A DNA stretch of 64,000 bases from positions 37,076,001 through 37,140,000 of the forward strand of contig JANJGN010000019.1 of the NCBI GenBank assembly GCA_026770705.1, given 5' to 3'. Below are positions 1 to 14,065 of the stretch, piece after piece. Origin of the DNA: Isurus oxyrinchus (lineage: Eukaryota). Both the position numbers and the translations under genes were made by a program. The notes below the pieces were generated by a model. The model was not told the origin of the DNA and did not search any database. It was given only the letters and a program-made list of their open reading frames with translations. The number at the start of each line of letters is the position of its first letter. Positions within the stretch are counted from its first letter, which is position 1.

Positions 1-969
1 ACCATCATTCAACATTGCACTAGCAACCATCTTTATTGGCTTGCTTTTCTTCTTTCCAGCAAGGCACATGCATGCAAAGTGGTTCAGCTTCTTGCATTTA
101 GAGCACTGCTTTCCCCATACTGAACATGCTCTCTTTTCTTTTGCAGTGTCCTCCACAGTATTTACATCCTGTACTCTGGTCTTAATATTTCTGTTGGCCT
201 TTCTATAAATTGTCCTTCCTTTCAATCATTGTCTTGTGCTTGGAAGGCTTGGAGTGCCTCTTAGTATAGTGCAAAACCTCATCAGTTCTCCCATCAATAT
301 CCTTCCAATTGATGATTAGCCACCTCAGAGCTTCTGCATGTGTTTTCCTGAAAGTTACTCTTCTCCCTGTAGATGTGCTCTCACAGCAAGATTTCTTGTT
401 CTTAAGGCAATCCTTTCTCTGATGAGATCACCCTTCAGTTGTCCAAACTCACAAGATTCATCTAGACTATCACTACAGTCACATACTGATCAATATTCTT
501 CATCTCTTCTTGAACCTGAGTGCTACACATTACATTCATAAATAACATTAGCAAAAGGTTTAATGTGGGTCTCCTTGGCTTCAAATTTCACAAACCTGGC
601 TTTTCTGCTCCTGAGTGAGGTCTAGGGTGCAATACAACTTGTAGCACTCTTTCCCCAGCACTGATAACAGATATACTACTCTTATTTGTTCAGGATTCTT
701 GTTCAACTCTGTGGCGATCTCATAATTCTGCCATTGAGACTGGAAGAATTTCCAATTCACTCTTAAATCTCCCTTCATCTTCATAGGAACAGATACTGGA
801 ATATTTAAAGCCATAATGATTGGTGTTTTCAAGTCAGGAGGTAATATTTAAACCCAGCAGTCGATGCCCTATACAAAGTGGCAGATTGAAATTTTAATAA
901 TTCCCTGCTGTTTTTCACAGCTGCTGGCTCAAGTACAGCTATGAAAATCCGTTCAATCTCAGTTATATA
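1..969 (-). mobile_element. Gypsy/Ty3-type LTR retrotransposon, 5' internal region with decayed gag (continues off the window)
   Basis: ORF 581..832 (PMKMKGDLRVNWKFFQSQWQNYEIATELNK...IRVVYLLSVLGKECY) resembles a Gypsy gag N-terminus. The minus strand at ~61-127 translates to a CCHC knuckle, CSKCKKLNHFACMC. Confidence 0.85.
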
Positions 970-1171
970 CTTCTGACACCGTGTTCCATGTGATCTGTAA
1001 ATTGGCTATTGCCCACAACCTTTATTTACATAAAAATATCAGAGGTCACATGAGTATGATAAGCCACAGTGTACAAAGGTGTTTATCCAAACTGTGCTAA
1101 AGTGCGCCCTGACACTGACCAAGGCATCCAATAGATTAATTACTATTGAATACTTGTTTTACAGTACATCA
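970..1171 (-). repeat. PBS (970-981) and probable 5' LTR (982-1171) of the Gypsy element
   Basis: Minus strand reads TGATGTAC...GGAACA followed by CGGTGTCAGAAG, one mismatch from a TGGTGTCAGAAG-type PBS. AATAAA is on the minus strand at 1021-1026. The LTR outer end is tentative. Confidence 0.55.
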
Positions 1172-1329
1172 GAAGAAATTATGTAACAACCTCCCAATTT
1201 TATTGATAGGTTAAGCCTCCATTCACCTGTTTACACGACACAGAAAGAAGGATAGCAAAAAGTAGCACAAAACAAACACTTACTGGAACTCAGCTCCAAA
1301 TTCAGCCAGACTTCCATCAGAAAAATAAA

Positions 1330-1751
1330 AATTTATATACTGCCTTTCATGACCTCAGGTTGTCCTAAAGTGCTTTACAGCCAATGAAGCATGTTTTGAA
1401 GTGAAGTCACTGTTGTGACATAGGAAGTGCTGCAGCCATTTTGCGCACTGCAAAATCCCACAGACAGCAATGTGATAATTAAGTAACCTGTTTAGTGATG
1501 TTGGTTGATGAATAAATATTGGGCAGGGACCTAGGGTGAACCACCTGCTATTCGTCAAAATATTGCATTGGTACCAACAGGGCAGACAATACCACAGTCT
1601 CATGTGAAAGACAGAGCCTCCACCATGCAGTACTCCCTTAGTATGGCACTGAAGTGTCAGCCAGGATTATAGATTCAATTGGCTGGAGTGGGAGTTGAAA
1701 CCACAACCTTCTGACTCAGAAGCAAGAGCGTGACCCACTGAGCCAAGGCTG
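1330..1751 (-). mobile_element. tRNA-headed SINE, SacSINE1/DeuSINE-like
   Basis: The minus-strand head CAGCCTTGGCTCAGTGGG...GGTTTCAACTCCC has A/B boxes. The tail AAAGCACTTTAGGAC...ATGAAAGGCAGTATATAAAT is L2-like. A related copy lies at 49440. Confidence 0.75.
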
Positions 1752-2214
1752 CCATATGTCAGTGTGAAAAACTATTAGAATGTCACCAGGTAATCATTTT
1801 TTACTCTGGCAGTTTCCAGCAATAGTAACTACTAACAATGAATAAAAATAGGAAAAATTACTAAACTGTAGGAAAGCTACTTTATAGTCAACTGATTGAA
1901 TGAAAATCCAGGCCCCTAATGAAAGAATACACGCTATAATTAATCACATCCAGCAAATGTAAGAAATGCTGGCGAGCAACCCTGTGGATAGAACATAAAT
2001 GATCTGTTACCAGCTGATCTCTTACTCAATCTTCCTGCCTCTTCAGTTCTGATTTGCTGCTGTTAATCCTTGAACCAATTAACAAAGTGTGATGGGGGAG
2101 ATTGTTACAGAAGGAAAGTGTAGGAAATGCATGCTACATACAAAACTTTTGGGGGAGGAGTTATAGTGCACATTGCTAGATAAGAGATGAGACTGACTGC
2201 ACTTACCTTTTCAG

Positions 2215-2460
2215 AGAATCCTAGAATCATGCAGCACAAAAGGACATCATTCAGCCCATTGTGCCTGCACCAATTCTTTGAAAAGAATTCTCAAATTAGT
2301 CTCACTCACCTGCCTTAGCCCGTAGCCCTGCAATTTGTTTCTTTTTCAGTATAAATCCAATTTTGTCTTGAAAGTTTCAACTTGATCTGTTTCCACTACC
2401 CTTTTAATGCAGTACATTCCAGATCATAGCAATTTGTTGCATAAATAAATTTCTCATAAA
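2215..2460 (-). mobile_element. Old CR1 LINE 3' end
   Basis: AGAATCATGCAGCACAAAAGG...CATTCAGCCCAT is the reverse complement of the CR1 tail seen at 3525 and 60090-60140. Confidence 0.55.
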
Positions 2461-3524
2461 TCTGTGTCTTCTAGCTATTTGCTGATGCCATCCCAAATGC
2501 AACATTAGACTTTGTATTGCGTCCATGTCTATGTTATAGGGAGTGATGTGAGCCTGTTGTTTTATGTTATTGATTTCTGATAAGCCTCTTTTCCTCCATT
2601 TTTCCCCCAGGATTTCATTTCTCAGCCAGACAGTTTGCAGTTTGTAATCTTTACATTCTCTGCCCTCTAGTGGCTAAGGCCTTAGGGAATTTTTCATCCT
2701 GTGGAATCCCTGAAACGTCTTATCTTCTTATGACATTCATTTTCAGAACCTAAATGATATCATCAGTTAAAACAAAAACTCTGTGATCACACTCCATATA
2801 TTGTAATGGATGGCAATTGTTCACTGCAAGCACTTGAATAGTTTGCAAAATTAACTTTTAATCCAAGGAAATTATTGCGCAAAAACAAAGCTATTAAATT
2901 GCATGAAATAAAAATTCAAATATATTCCAACCTGTTACCCTTCAGTGAGGAATCTTGATCTGAAAATGAGGTTCAACCAAAGACAGTAGCTGTCTTCAGA
3001 GTTCACAAATGAGTTCTATTCCAGTGCCAGTCTTCAAGTGAGGCAGCACTTTAGTGATTAATGTTTAACTGTAATTTAAATAGTCTCTGTCCTTGTGCTG
3101 CGACGTGACTACTGATTGACTTTTTATTATCCCAAGGGTTGCATTAATAGTAATAGAGAGGCAATTAAGTTCTGATGCAGGCATTTAATTCTGTTTCATA
3201 CTGTATTCTACTCTTCCACCTCTTTGTGCACTGGCACCAGTTCGAAGCATTATCCTCGACTGACTGTTTCACCTTTAAGATGTTTGTTACATTTACTTCG
3301 GTATATCCCACTTACAGAAAAAGCCGATATTTGATGTACTGTCATGCTATATTTAAAGGGGAAACTCACTATGTTGGGAAAGGTGGAGAAGTGAAGATTT
3401 ATGGTAATAGCATGGAACTGTCCTAACTGTTACCAACAGAGGTTCCTCACCAATGTGGCAAGAAGTTACATAGCCCTTGCCAATTTTAAATCAACCCCAT
3501 TTAGGAAGCTTCAGGGGTTGATTT

Positions 3525-4380
3525 AGAGTCATAGAAATCTACAGCACAGAAAAAGGCCCTTCGGCCCATCAAGTATGCACCAGTCAAACAAGTGCCTAGC
3601 TATTCTAATCCCATTTTCCAGCACTAGGCCCATAGCCTTGTATGCCATGGCATCGCAAATACATATCCAAATACTTCTTAAATGTTATGAGGGTTTCTGC
3701 CTCTACCACCCTTTCAGGCAGTAAGTTCCAGATTCCCACCACCCTCTGGGTGAAAAAATTCTTCCTCACATCCCCTCTAAACCTCCTGCCCCTTACCTTA
3801 AATCTATGCCTCCTGGTTACTGAGCCCTCCACTAAGGGGAAAAGTTCCTTCTTGTCTACCCTATCTATGCCCCTCATAATTTTATACACCTCCATCATGC
3901 CCCCCCCCCCCACTCAATCTCCTCTGCTTCAGGGAAAATAACCCTAGTCTATCCAATCTCTCCTCATAACTAAAACTCTCCAACCCAGGCAACATCCTGG
4001 TAAATCTCCTCTCCACTCTCTCTAGTGCAATCACATCCTTCCTATAATGCAGATTCCAGAGCTACATGCAATACTCTAGCTGTGGCCTAACCAGTGTTTT
4101 ATACAGTTCCAGCATAACTTCCCTGCTCTTATATTCCATGCCTCGGCTAAGAAAGGCAAGTATCCCATATGCCTTCTTAACCACCTTATCAACCTGTCCT
4201 GCTACCTTAAGGGATCGGTGGACATGTACACCAAGGCCCCTCTGATCCTCAGTATTTCCCAGGGTCCTACCATTCATCGTGTATTCATGTGCCTTGTTTG
4301 TCCTGGCCAAGTGCATCACCTCACACTTATCCAGATTAAATTCTATTTGCCACTGATCAGCCCATCTGACCAGCCCATCT
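3525..4380 (-). mobile_element. CR1 LINE, 5'-truncated (ORF2 C-terminus + 3' UTR)
   Basis: ORFs 4062..4319 (KSREVMLELYKTLVRPQLEYC) and 3605..3913 (EVYKIMRGIDRVD...RKNFFTQRVVGIWNLLP) are canonical CR1 ORF2 C-terminal motifs. Confidence 0.95.
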
Positions 4381-4559
4381 ACTCTTTACTTTTTACTCTG
4401 AGGAAAATGGTCAGTAATGGGTGGTTAGGTCCTAAAACTGGCATGGGCTGCCTTACCACTCCATGAACCCAGGTGACCAGCCTGCTTTAAATTTCACTGC
4501 TGGCAGGTCGAAACACTTGACAGGAACATGCAGTTGACTGACCTCTTTCCCATGGAAAT

Positions 4560-5510
4560 TAGTGTCCTAATGACACATTTAAGTAGGGCCCCAGTTTTTC
4601 CCAATTTTCCTCATAAAAGGGATTCTTAATTCTTTGTGGTTCGCTTTGTGGCCTTTTTCTATACTGTTTCCAGCACTTGGATGTATCTCCTGCATCTTGA
4701 TGACCAAAAATGGGCACAATATACCTATCTTTGGAGCACTCACTTCTCCTTAACCCGACACATCTCCTTTCCAAGTACCTACTGTTTTCTACCTTCCAAG
4801 CAACTTGTTTTTTTATCCAATCCTTGGAACACTGCAGTTTTAAGCTTGATTTGATATTGTTTAAAAGTGAACTTTGTCAAATGACTTTCAGAAGTCTAGG
4901 TACAGCTTTCTAGGGGTTTTCCACAGTTCGCTTGGGATATCACTTCCCCACAAAAGTCAAGGATATTGGTCAGACAGGGTCTTCCTCATTTGAGTCCATG
5001 TTGACTGTTGTTTACTCAGTTGTTATTGGACAAATAATCCTCAATTTTACAATAATCACATTTGTTACATTAGGTAGCATTGAATTAAGACTAACAGGGG
5101 TAATTTTAACTTTGGGTGATAGTGTTTTATAGGTAATATCCAATTAGGAGCCAATTATACATCCTACTTGATATTCTCTTCCATTGACTTCATTAGAAAG
5201 TAAGATTGAGCATGTTTTACAATGGCTGCTTAATTCAATTTTATTTTCATTTTACATTATTGGCCAAAGTTAACATTGCTTCAACAGAAATACAGTTGTC
5301 CATCAGTGTTGTCACCCTTTTTTAAAAAGGGCACCATTCATATCACAATATTCCACATCTACTGATACTGCTCCAGTATCTAGTGACTTCCTCATAATAG
5401 CTGTCAACGCCTCACTAATCTCCTCCCAAGTGCCGCTTATAACTCTGGCATAAATATGAGGACATGTAATGGTTTTGAAACCTGTTAGACTGCTTAAAAC
5501 TTCCATCTCA
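4560..5510 (-). mobile_element. Older, degenerate CR1 RT fragment interrupted by a short MITE
   Basis: Minus strand ~4870-5010 reads SQHGLK*GRPCLTNILDFCGEV...FDKVH. ORF 5312..5506 has EEISEALTAIMRKSLDTGAV...LFKKG. Confidence 0.7.
5097..5282. mobile_element. Short MITE-like element
   Basis: Imperfect TIRs GGGGTAATTTTAACTTT / AAAGTTAACATTGCTTC. It splits the CR1 fragment. Confidence 0.5.
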
Positions 5511-5699
5511 TTGACACCAATGATTTGAGCTTAGTTTATTATTGTCCAGGGGAGGCATGCTATTCATGCCATTCCTTGTGAACACTTGGAGGCAATAATA
5601 ATAATAATAATATAGAACATTGATTGTTTCAGTTGTATTTTCTTCTTTTATGATCTCTTCTATGAACGATCTCTTCAGGAAGAGCTGAAAGTATTTTTT

Positions 5700-6198
5700 T
5701 AAATTATTCTTCCATGAAATGTGTGTGTTGCCATTATTTGTTGCCCATCCCTAATTACACTGGAGAAGATGGTGGTGAGGTGCCTTCTTGAACCGCTGCA
5801 GTCCATGTGGTATAGGTACACCCACAGTGCTGTTGGTACACCCACAATGCTGTTAGGGAGTTCCAGGATTTTGACCCAGCGAAAGTGAAGGAACAGCTAT
5901 ATAGTTCCAGGTCAGGGTGGTGTGTAGCTTAGAGGGGAACTTGCAGGTGGTGGTGTTCCCATGCATCTCCTGCCCTTGTCTTTCTAGGTGGTAAAGGTCA
6001 TGGGCTTTGAAGGTGCTGTCTAAGGAGGCTTGACAAGCTGCTGTAGTGCATCTTGTAGATGGTACACTGTGTCAGTAGTGGAGGGAGTGAATGTTTAAGA
6101 TGGTGGATGGTGTGGAGCGTCTTGAGTGTTGTAGGAACTGCAATCACCCAGCAAGTGGAAAGTATTCCAAGACACTGACTTGCACCTTGTAGATGGTA
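5700..6198 (-). mobile_element. 3' fragment of second CR1/L2-group LINE family (here 'family B')
   Basis: Reverse complement matches the 3' end of the LINE at 15361-16918 (CACCACCATCTTCTCCAG...AATTAGGGATGGGCAACAAAT). Confidence 0.85.
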
Positions 6199-7574
6199 AA
6201 TATTCTGTAGCTATGCTTTTTTTTCCCAGATCTCCTGTCTCTCTGATCACTGTTTTAACACATTTTTTCAAGTCTCTATATTCATCCCAATAAATCCCCT
6301 TCTCTTCTCCCTGCAGAATTTGTAGACTTTTCATGCTGACTGAATCAACAAGTAACATGTCTGGTTAGGGGAGCCTGGAAGAAGTTGTTAGTCTTTAGAA
6401 ATTTGTCAACGTTCAAATTCTCATAAACCCATGAAATACTGTTTGAATAGAATGTCATTATTGCAACAACAAAGCCATTTATCCTGCAGCACAACTTACA
6501 GATGCTAATCATTTGAAGAGAGTGAATGCACATTTAACAATGTTCAAAAGCATTTCTAAACAATGACCTTTCACAGAAGCTTCTAACTACATATTTATGG
6601 ATATGGAGAAGAAAAATTGATGTCAAAGTTTTCACTTTCTTAAGAAATGTATTTAACTATTAGATGATCATTCTTTGCAAGATATTGTCTATGATGTTCC
6701 TATTGAGACAGGTGCATCATATCCACCTAAATTTGTCGCTGTTTGAGTGGTATAGGTTCATTGCCTCTGGCTGCAAGTATAGTAATATCTTGCATTCCAA
6801 TATTCCTTCCATATTCCACACTGGTATAGAAAATTTGTTGTATAAAATGAATGTATCAATGTTTAACAAATCAGACTCCTATGCTGACTATTTTATCTGA
6901 AATATTACTACATAGAGTAATTTCAAGGCTTCAGAAATGTTGTCATCATAATAGGCATTAAAGCATTTACTGTATCAAGAACTTAAAACCTGAAGGACAT
7001 TTCATGCAATATGCTATTAACATATTAAGAACTGCAACTGCAAACTGAGTTAAAGTGCATGCATTATGAAGATTTCCTGAGAGACAAAATTTGTTACAAT
7101 ATTTATGAATCATCTTAGAATAAGTTCCACCTAATTCTGCATTCTAATCCAACTGAAAATCTGGCATTGGGCATTGTGCTCACAGTTCTTTTGTATGAGT
7201 TTTTACCACTCAGACCTCAGTTGGAACATTGGAAATCTGACTGGGAAGTTATCCTTCTACAAAAAAATGATTCCTATTGGAAGTTTACAGTAAATCGGGG
7301 CTGCTTGTTATATAATAGATCATGCTTGTTGCCAAAGAAGTTATGAAATTCATAATTTCAGGTTGCTTAGCAAGTAATCTCCTAATAGGATTGTCATTTA
7401 ATTTGTGTTGACTGCTTCTTTAAAGATGTTAAAATACAATGGGAGCCAATGTGGGAGCATAGCGAAGAAATTTCAATATTAGTTTTAACTGCTGCTGATG
7501 ACAAAATTAAGTGAAATTCGAATTCAGCTTCTGGATTCTACATGGAAAGGATTGAGCTCTTATATAACACAGTT

Positions 7575-8070
7575 GGGCATGGCAGCTTAATAAACTCTGT
7601 TATTCCAATTCTGGCCTCTTATGCTTGCACCCCCCCATACATACCAAGCCAACATCAGTGACGCGCTGTCAACTGCCTCAACCCCACACTCTGGAATAAT
7701 CTCCCCAAACTGCTCCATTTCTTTATCTTCTATATTATGACCCTCCTTAAATCCACCTCTTTTGGTCAAGCTTTTTTTCAAGAAGGAGTTAGATAAAGCT
7801 CTTGGGGTGAAAGTGATCAAACGATATGGGGAGAAAGCGGGAGCAGGCTATTGAATTGGATGATCAACCATGATCATAATGATTGGCGGAGCAGGCTCGA
7901 AGGGCTGAATGGCCTCCTCCTGCTCCTAGTTTCTATGTTCTATGTTCTAATATTTTAAACAACCTTTCTTGCAATTGTTTCTTTGGATCAGCATCTATTT
8001 TTATCTGATTATGTTTCTGCAATGCCACTTGAGATTTTTTAATTTAAGGGTCTTGTTCTTTGTGCTGTCG
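7575..8070 (+). mobile_element. L2-type 3' end split by a CR1 tail insertion
   Basis: CTCTGGAAT...CTCCTTAAATCCACCTCTTTTGGTCAAGCTTTT matches the L2 tails at 34800 and 62580. It resumes after the CR1 tail at ~7947. Confidence 0.55.
7776..7948 (+). mobile_element. CR1 extreme 3' tail
   Basis: TTCAAGAAGGAGTTAGAT...GAAGGGCTGAATGGCCTCCTCCTGCTCC ends in TTCTATG repeats. Confidence 0.85.
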
Positions 8071-8299
8071 TCATTTCCATATGTACTGCAGATGATGGCT
8101 AGAACACATTTACCTGTTTATACAGTTCAACAGGGGTCATTTCTAAAGATCCAAATCTGGCCTAATAAAATAAGCACAAGGCCCCTAATATTTATTTTTC
8201 AATATCCTCAAAAGAACATAATGAGGAACAATTGCATAGAATACCTTAATTGTAAGAATTCTAAAAAAAAATCAATATAATTAAAAATCTTACAGCTCA

Positions 8300-10003
8300 G
8301 CATACTTACGAACATACAAAATAGGAGCAGAGGTAGGCCATTCGGCCCCTCAAGCCAGCACTTCCATTCAATATGATTGTCACTGATCTGTTTGTGTTTC
8401 AAATTCTACATTCCCATCTACCTCCCCAATAATCTTTGATTCCCTCGCCTAACAAGAATCTATCTACCTCTGCCTTAAAAATATTCAGTGACCCTACTTC
8501 CACAGCCTTCTGAGGCAGAGAGTTCCAAAGTCACACAACCCTCTAAGAGAAAAAAGTTCCCATAATCTCTGTCCTATAAGGGCGACCCCTAATTTTCAAA
8601 CACTGCCTTCTAGTTTTGCACCCACCCACAAGAGGAAACATCTTTCCCACATCCACCTTGTCAAGACCATTTAGGCTCTCATATGCTTCAATAAAGTCAC
8701 TCTTCTAAACTCAAGTGGAAACAAGCCCAGTTTGTCCAACCATCCTCATACAACAACCCGCTCATTCCAGCTATCAATTTAGTAAACCACCTCTGAATCG
8801 GCCCCAATGCATTTATATCATTCCTTAAATAATGAGCCCAAAACTCCACACGCTATTCGAGATGCAGTCTCACCAATGCCCTGTAACATTGAAGCATAAC
8901 GTCTTCACTTTTATGTTGAATTCCTCTCTCAATAAAGGATAGCATTCCATTAGCCTTCTTGATTACATGCTGTACCTACATAATAACTTATTGTGACCCA
9001 TGCATGCGAACACTTAGATCCCTGTGCACCTCAGAATTCTGCTGTTGTTCTCTGTTTGAATAATACTCTGCTTTTTAGTCTTCCTGCCAATGTGAACAAC
9101 TTCACATTTTCCCACATTATACTCCACCTGCCAGATTTTTGACCACTCGCTCAACCTATCTATGTCGGTCTGCAAACTTCTTATATCTTCTTCACAACAA
9201 ATTTTCCTGCCTATCTTTGTGTCATCTGCAAATTTAGCTACCACGCCTTCACTCTCCTCATCTAAGTCATTGATGTAAATTGTGAGAAGTTGAGTCCCAG
9301 CACAGACCCGTGCAGGACACCATTAATCACATCCTGCCAATTAGACAAAGACCCATTTATGAACTCTCTGTTCTCAACCAGCCAGTCAATCTTCTATCCC
9401 GGTTAAAATGTTACCCCCTACACCATGAGCTTTTATTTTCCGCAATAACCTTTGATGTGGTGCCCTATCAAATGCCTTCTGGAAATCCATGGGAAGTACA
9501 TCTACAGGCTCCCCTTTATCCACGACATATGTTACTCCTTAAAAGAACTATAATAAATTGCTTAAACATGATTTCCCTTTCACAAAACCATGCTTACTCT
9601 TCCCAATTATCTTGTGTTTCTCTAAGTGCCCAGCCATAACGTCTTTAATGATTGACTCTAACACTTTCCCCATGACAGTCGTCAAGTTAACTCGCCTATA
9701 GTTTCCTGTTTTCTGCCTCCCTCCCTTCCAATCTGGTGGAATCTTTCCAGAATCTAGGAAGTTTTAGAAAATTAGCACCAATGCATCTACTGCCTCATTT
9801 GCCATCTCTTTTAAGACCTAGGATGAAGCCCATCTGGACCCAGAGACTTATCAGCCGACAGCTCCATTAGTTTGCTCAGTAGTGTTTCCCTGGTGATTAT
9901 AATTTCACAAGGTTGCTCTCTCCCCTCCACCTCCTGGCTTACAGCTATTACTGGAATGTATTTGTCCTCTGCAGTAAAGACAGAAGCAGAATATTTGTTC
10001 ATT
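8300..10003 (-). mobile_element. CR1 LINE, ~1.7 kb RT region to 3' tail
   Basis: ORF 9014..9244 has VAKFADDTKIG...NVGKCEVVHIG and ORF 9811..10002 has KSLGPDGLHPR. A CR1 tail lies at 8305-8360. Confidence 0.93.
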
Positions 10004-10004
10004 T

Positions 10005-10480
10005 TGTTATAATCCCCAGTTGAGGATACCCCTGGACAAGCCTAATCCCAGGGTGGAACCCAGCTTGATAGATCCTAACTTTTTTTTGTTTGTTTCGAAA
10101 TGTGGAGAGGGGCTACTGAACAGAGTCACTGGAGTCAGCTAATGAACTTTTAACACAAGAATAAAACATTTATTAAACAAGAAAAGATTAACTATATTCC
10201 AATACTCCTTCGCTCACAAGTATACCTTTACAAATATATACAGATTTGTAAAGATAACACAAGTAACAAAAACGTATACTTTAATGTTCACAGTAAGTAC
10301 GCCATAAGTAAGGTGACCAGTGGTCAAACACCCCACACTCTGAAACCAAGTGACAGATACCACCTCAACCAGATGCAATGGATCTCTCATCAACTCCCCT
10401 CAGACTCTTGTCACCTTGGCCAACAAGTCTCACTGAACTCCATTTTTCACACAAGGGTTTCTAATTTCTATTCTCCAAAT
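10005..10480. repeat. Possible LTR-like fragment truncating the CR1
   Basis: Starts abruptly with TGTTATAATCCCC at the CR1 break and has AATAAA signals on both strands at ~10160-10175. No partner LTR was seen. Confidence 0.3.
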
Positions 10481-11888
10481 ATTTTCTATTTTATCAGAGG
10501 GCATTAGCAGTTTGCACCCATTGTGCCAGTACTGCGCTGATTTTTTTTAATATTGTTGATAAAAATATGATATTTTACTGCTGCATTCCCTATCCTTAAT
10601 CTACTTTATTATGCTCAAATTAGTTTACGAAGCGCAACATATGAGGCATAAAATTATAGCCTTTCCCTTCTAATAGCAGATTGAATCTATTATAGTTTTC
10701 AAGTGCAGACAGCTTGTTTTCTAATCCTCTGATTTCAGCATGAAACACATCTCATCACAGAATACCACCAGTATGCTCTTACTGGACACTTGATGAAGGC
10801 GTGGAGTCTGGTAGGGTTAGCATTAGAAAAATCAGTCATCACCATGATGAAGGTGTAAACAAGAGGTCCAATGATGGACAGGTTTAGTGGACAAGCTAGT
10901 CTTTGGATTGGACGAAGCTAGTGTTTGAGACAGGCCATTTCTGGAAGCAAGTACAACACTGGGTCAAACACAGTATCATGGTTTATAGTACCACTGAGGT
11001 CAGCCTAGGAAGCAGCATGGAAGTTAATATGATTCGTGCCAATGTTGCTGGTGATATCCAAACAGATTCAATTTTGCCTACACAGTCCCCTAGTCAAAAG
11101 TGAGGTTTATCTTGCCCAAAAACTCGTTGAGCAGAAATTTCCAGCTTTGGTCAAATCCCTTCTAAATTGTGAATACTGGTCAAACTACAAGTGTTGTGTT
11201 TGTGATCCTGACGTGACAGGATTTGCATGAGTCAAAAGCCTGGAAATTGGTTCAAGCAAGAATGGCCAGGCTCGAGGTGCACCCATTATGGGGCCTTCAG
11301 ACTTTGCACGAGACCAGTGAACTCCAAGCATCTATTGCCAGAAACAGGCCATAAAAGATGTTTTCAATTTTGTACTGTAAGGGGGGAAGTTAAATGTTTA
11401 AATAGACAGTCTTGATCATCAATGATGTAAGATCACATGACAACAGTGTGCTGAGCAATAGTTCTATGTGAAGCACTGTGTCTTGTACTGCACAAAGTTA
11501 GTAGGATATTCAATGAAAGGTAAAATTCACCACAGCCTTGCCTCGAGCAGTTTCGATTAATCCTGATCATGGACATCTTCATCTAAGACCCACAAGGATG
11601 ATAACAGATGGTGGCAACAGAAAAAGTACCAAGTAAAGAGCGCAGCAACTGGAAAAAGCAGCAAGAAGAACAACTATGGACTCAACTTCCTTGTCTTCCG
11701 CACATGCTTATGCCATATCTCAAAACAGCAGATATAGAGACAGAAGGGAGAAGGAGGATGAGTATGGTGTAAATGAAACCAGAAACTATAATCAACACCA
11801 TAGAATAAACAACCCAGAACTCTCCCCAGGGGAATCAGTATGGATTCATGACCAGAATCACAAAGGTCAGGTTTTGAATACGTACGTG

Positions 11889-14065
11889 GTTCAGAATCGT
11901 ACGTGCCCACTGGCATTAGGCACGTTCGGTGGCATGAGTGGAAATATAGTGAGAGGTCCAAAAATTGGATTGTGAACCAGTTTGCAATCGTCCACTCAGC
12001 CCGTCGATGGCAGGCCACGTTTCCTGCTATTGGAAGTCGGGAACCTCATTGTAATACGTCAACATATCATTATAAGGGCAGCCCGCTGGAATCGTCCCCC
12101 CACCCCGCTGTTGGATCATCCACCCACAATGGCGTGATTGCACACCAATGTGTTTCACAACAGCATGTAAAAGGCGTGCACTTGGCGGGCTGCACATTGA
12201 GGGGAACTCAGAGGTGAGTGCACAGTAACGTTGCGAGGCACTCATGAGGGACAGCTGTTGGACTTCAAGGTTGAGCTGCATTGGGGGCAAAGGCTGCCCT
12301 GGGGTTGAGGTGACTTGGGGGGGGGGGGTGTGGGGGAGGGGGTGCGCGGCAAAGGCTGCCCTGCGGTTGAGGCAATTTTCTTGGGAGGAAGGCCAAAGGC
12401 TGCCCTGCGATTGAAGGTAGCACATAAGCATATGCGGGGTGCGAGAGGGAAGCAGCCACACATTAGGAAAACCTTGTATAAAGTGACCATTCCTCTGCAG
12501 CTGAGACAGTTCAGGTGCAGCCACATTAATATGATTGCAGTCAGGCCTCCAGCTTCTCTGCCACTCAAGCAACACAGAGGCATGAAAGAGCCACCAAGTG
12601 CTCCAGAGCTTTTCACCCCTTGGGCACAGACTGCAAACTAATGAGCATTTTAGTGGACTGCAGAACAATTGGACAACCGAGCACGTCGTACAATCTCCTC
12701 GCTAAAGCTGGCCATGGAGCAGTCATTGTTGGAGACGCTCACAGCCCCTTGCAATGCCATCATCCTGGTTTGGACCAGTTTCTCCCATGGTTCAAGCTAA
12801 CAGTGCAGCCTTGCAGTGTGAGATAGGAGAATGCCTGCACCTGAGCTGAGAGCACAGCCTACAGTTCAATGGGCAAAGCTGCCACCAATTGGTCAGGTGG
12901 AGTGGGGAGAAGAAAGGTGGGGTTTCGGACAGCCATGCAGCGAATGACTCTCTGGTCATCCAAGTGGTGTTAAGGAGCCTTCAAGAGAGGTTCTTAGTAC
13001 ACTCATGCTATCGCATGCAGCTTGCAGGTAGAGTACATCAAGATCATGGAGTCGGGTGAACTAGCTGTATGCCTCGTGGTGCACAAAGAGGGAAGATGAT
13101 GGAGAAGAGAATGGCTGGGTCACCTGGCTGCGCAGATGGAGGAGCAGTACACTCAGGAAGAAGGGGCAGCTGGGTTTCCTGCACAGGCCGCTGAAGAGCT
13201 GCAGTGAGCCATTGCTGGTTGACGCCTAGCTAGACCCAGGGTCTGTTGATGCCGTCTTTCATTCCTGCAGATGACCGAGAATCAGTGTCACTGAAGACTG
13301 CGCATGACTAAGGTAATGGTCAGTCACAACTGCCAGCTACTGCAGGATTTGGCACCACGTGGATATGGAAGGCATCCACTGCCAGTGGCTGTGAATGTGA
13401 CAGCAGCGCTCAATTTCTACACCAGTGGCTCCTTTTTGGGGCTCCACAGGTGAACTCTGTGGGATATCACAAACCTCCACCCACAAATGCATCCATGAGG
13501 CCACGGATGCCATCTTCACAAGGGCATACAACTTTGTGCTTTTTGCCCAGGACATGGCAAGCCAGGATGAAAGAGCAATTGGATTTGCCCAGGTGTCAGG
13601 CACGTGGTGCCATTGGCTGCACTCGCATGGTGCACAGATCTCTGTCACAGCAGGTGATCAATTATGTCAACCGCAAGAGAATCCATTCGCTGAATGTGCA
13701 GCTGGTGTGCGACCACCACAAACGCATTCTGCAGGTCTGCGCATGGTTTCTAGGGAATGTGCACAACTCCTACATTCTCAGGCAGTCAGAGATCCCTAGT
13801 GTCTTCCAGAGCCCACAGGCGCTGTAGGGATGGCTCTTCGGGGACAAGGGCTACCCATAGAGGACATCACTGATGAAACCCTTGTGGCGGCCTCAGACTG
13901 CAGCAGAGCAAAGGTATAACGAGGCTCGTGCTGCAACTCACAACTTGGTGGATAGGCCATCGGGATGCTGAAAATGAGGTTCCGGTGCCTGGAACCGGTG
14001 TGGTGGAGCCCTGCAATATAGTCCAGAGAGAGTGTCACGCATCATTGTGTGGAAAATCCAGGCCC
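11889..14065 (+). mobile_element. PIF/Harbinger derivative carrying only the transposase half (copy D)
   Basis: Colinear with the reverse complement of 55430-57444. Ends abruptly in TIR-like GGAAAATCCAGGCCC at 14065. No Myb gene. Confidence 0.88.
13046..14050 (+). pseudogene. Harbinger (HARBI1-like DDE) transposase, frameshifted and 3'-truncated
   Basis: MESGELAVCL start follows an acceptor CTTGCAG. Motifs: HKCIHEATDAIF, YVNRKRIHSLNVQLVCDHHKRILQVCAWFLGNVHNSYIL, GDKGYP, IGMLKMRFRCL. Confidence 0.9.
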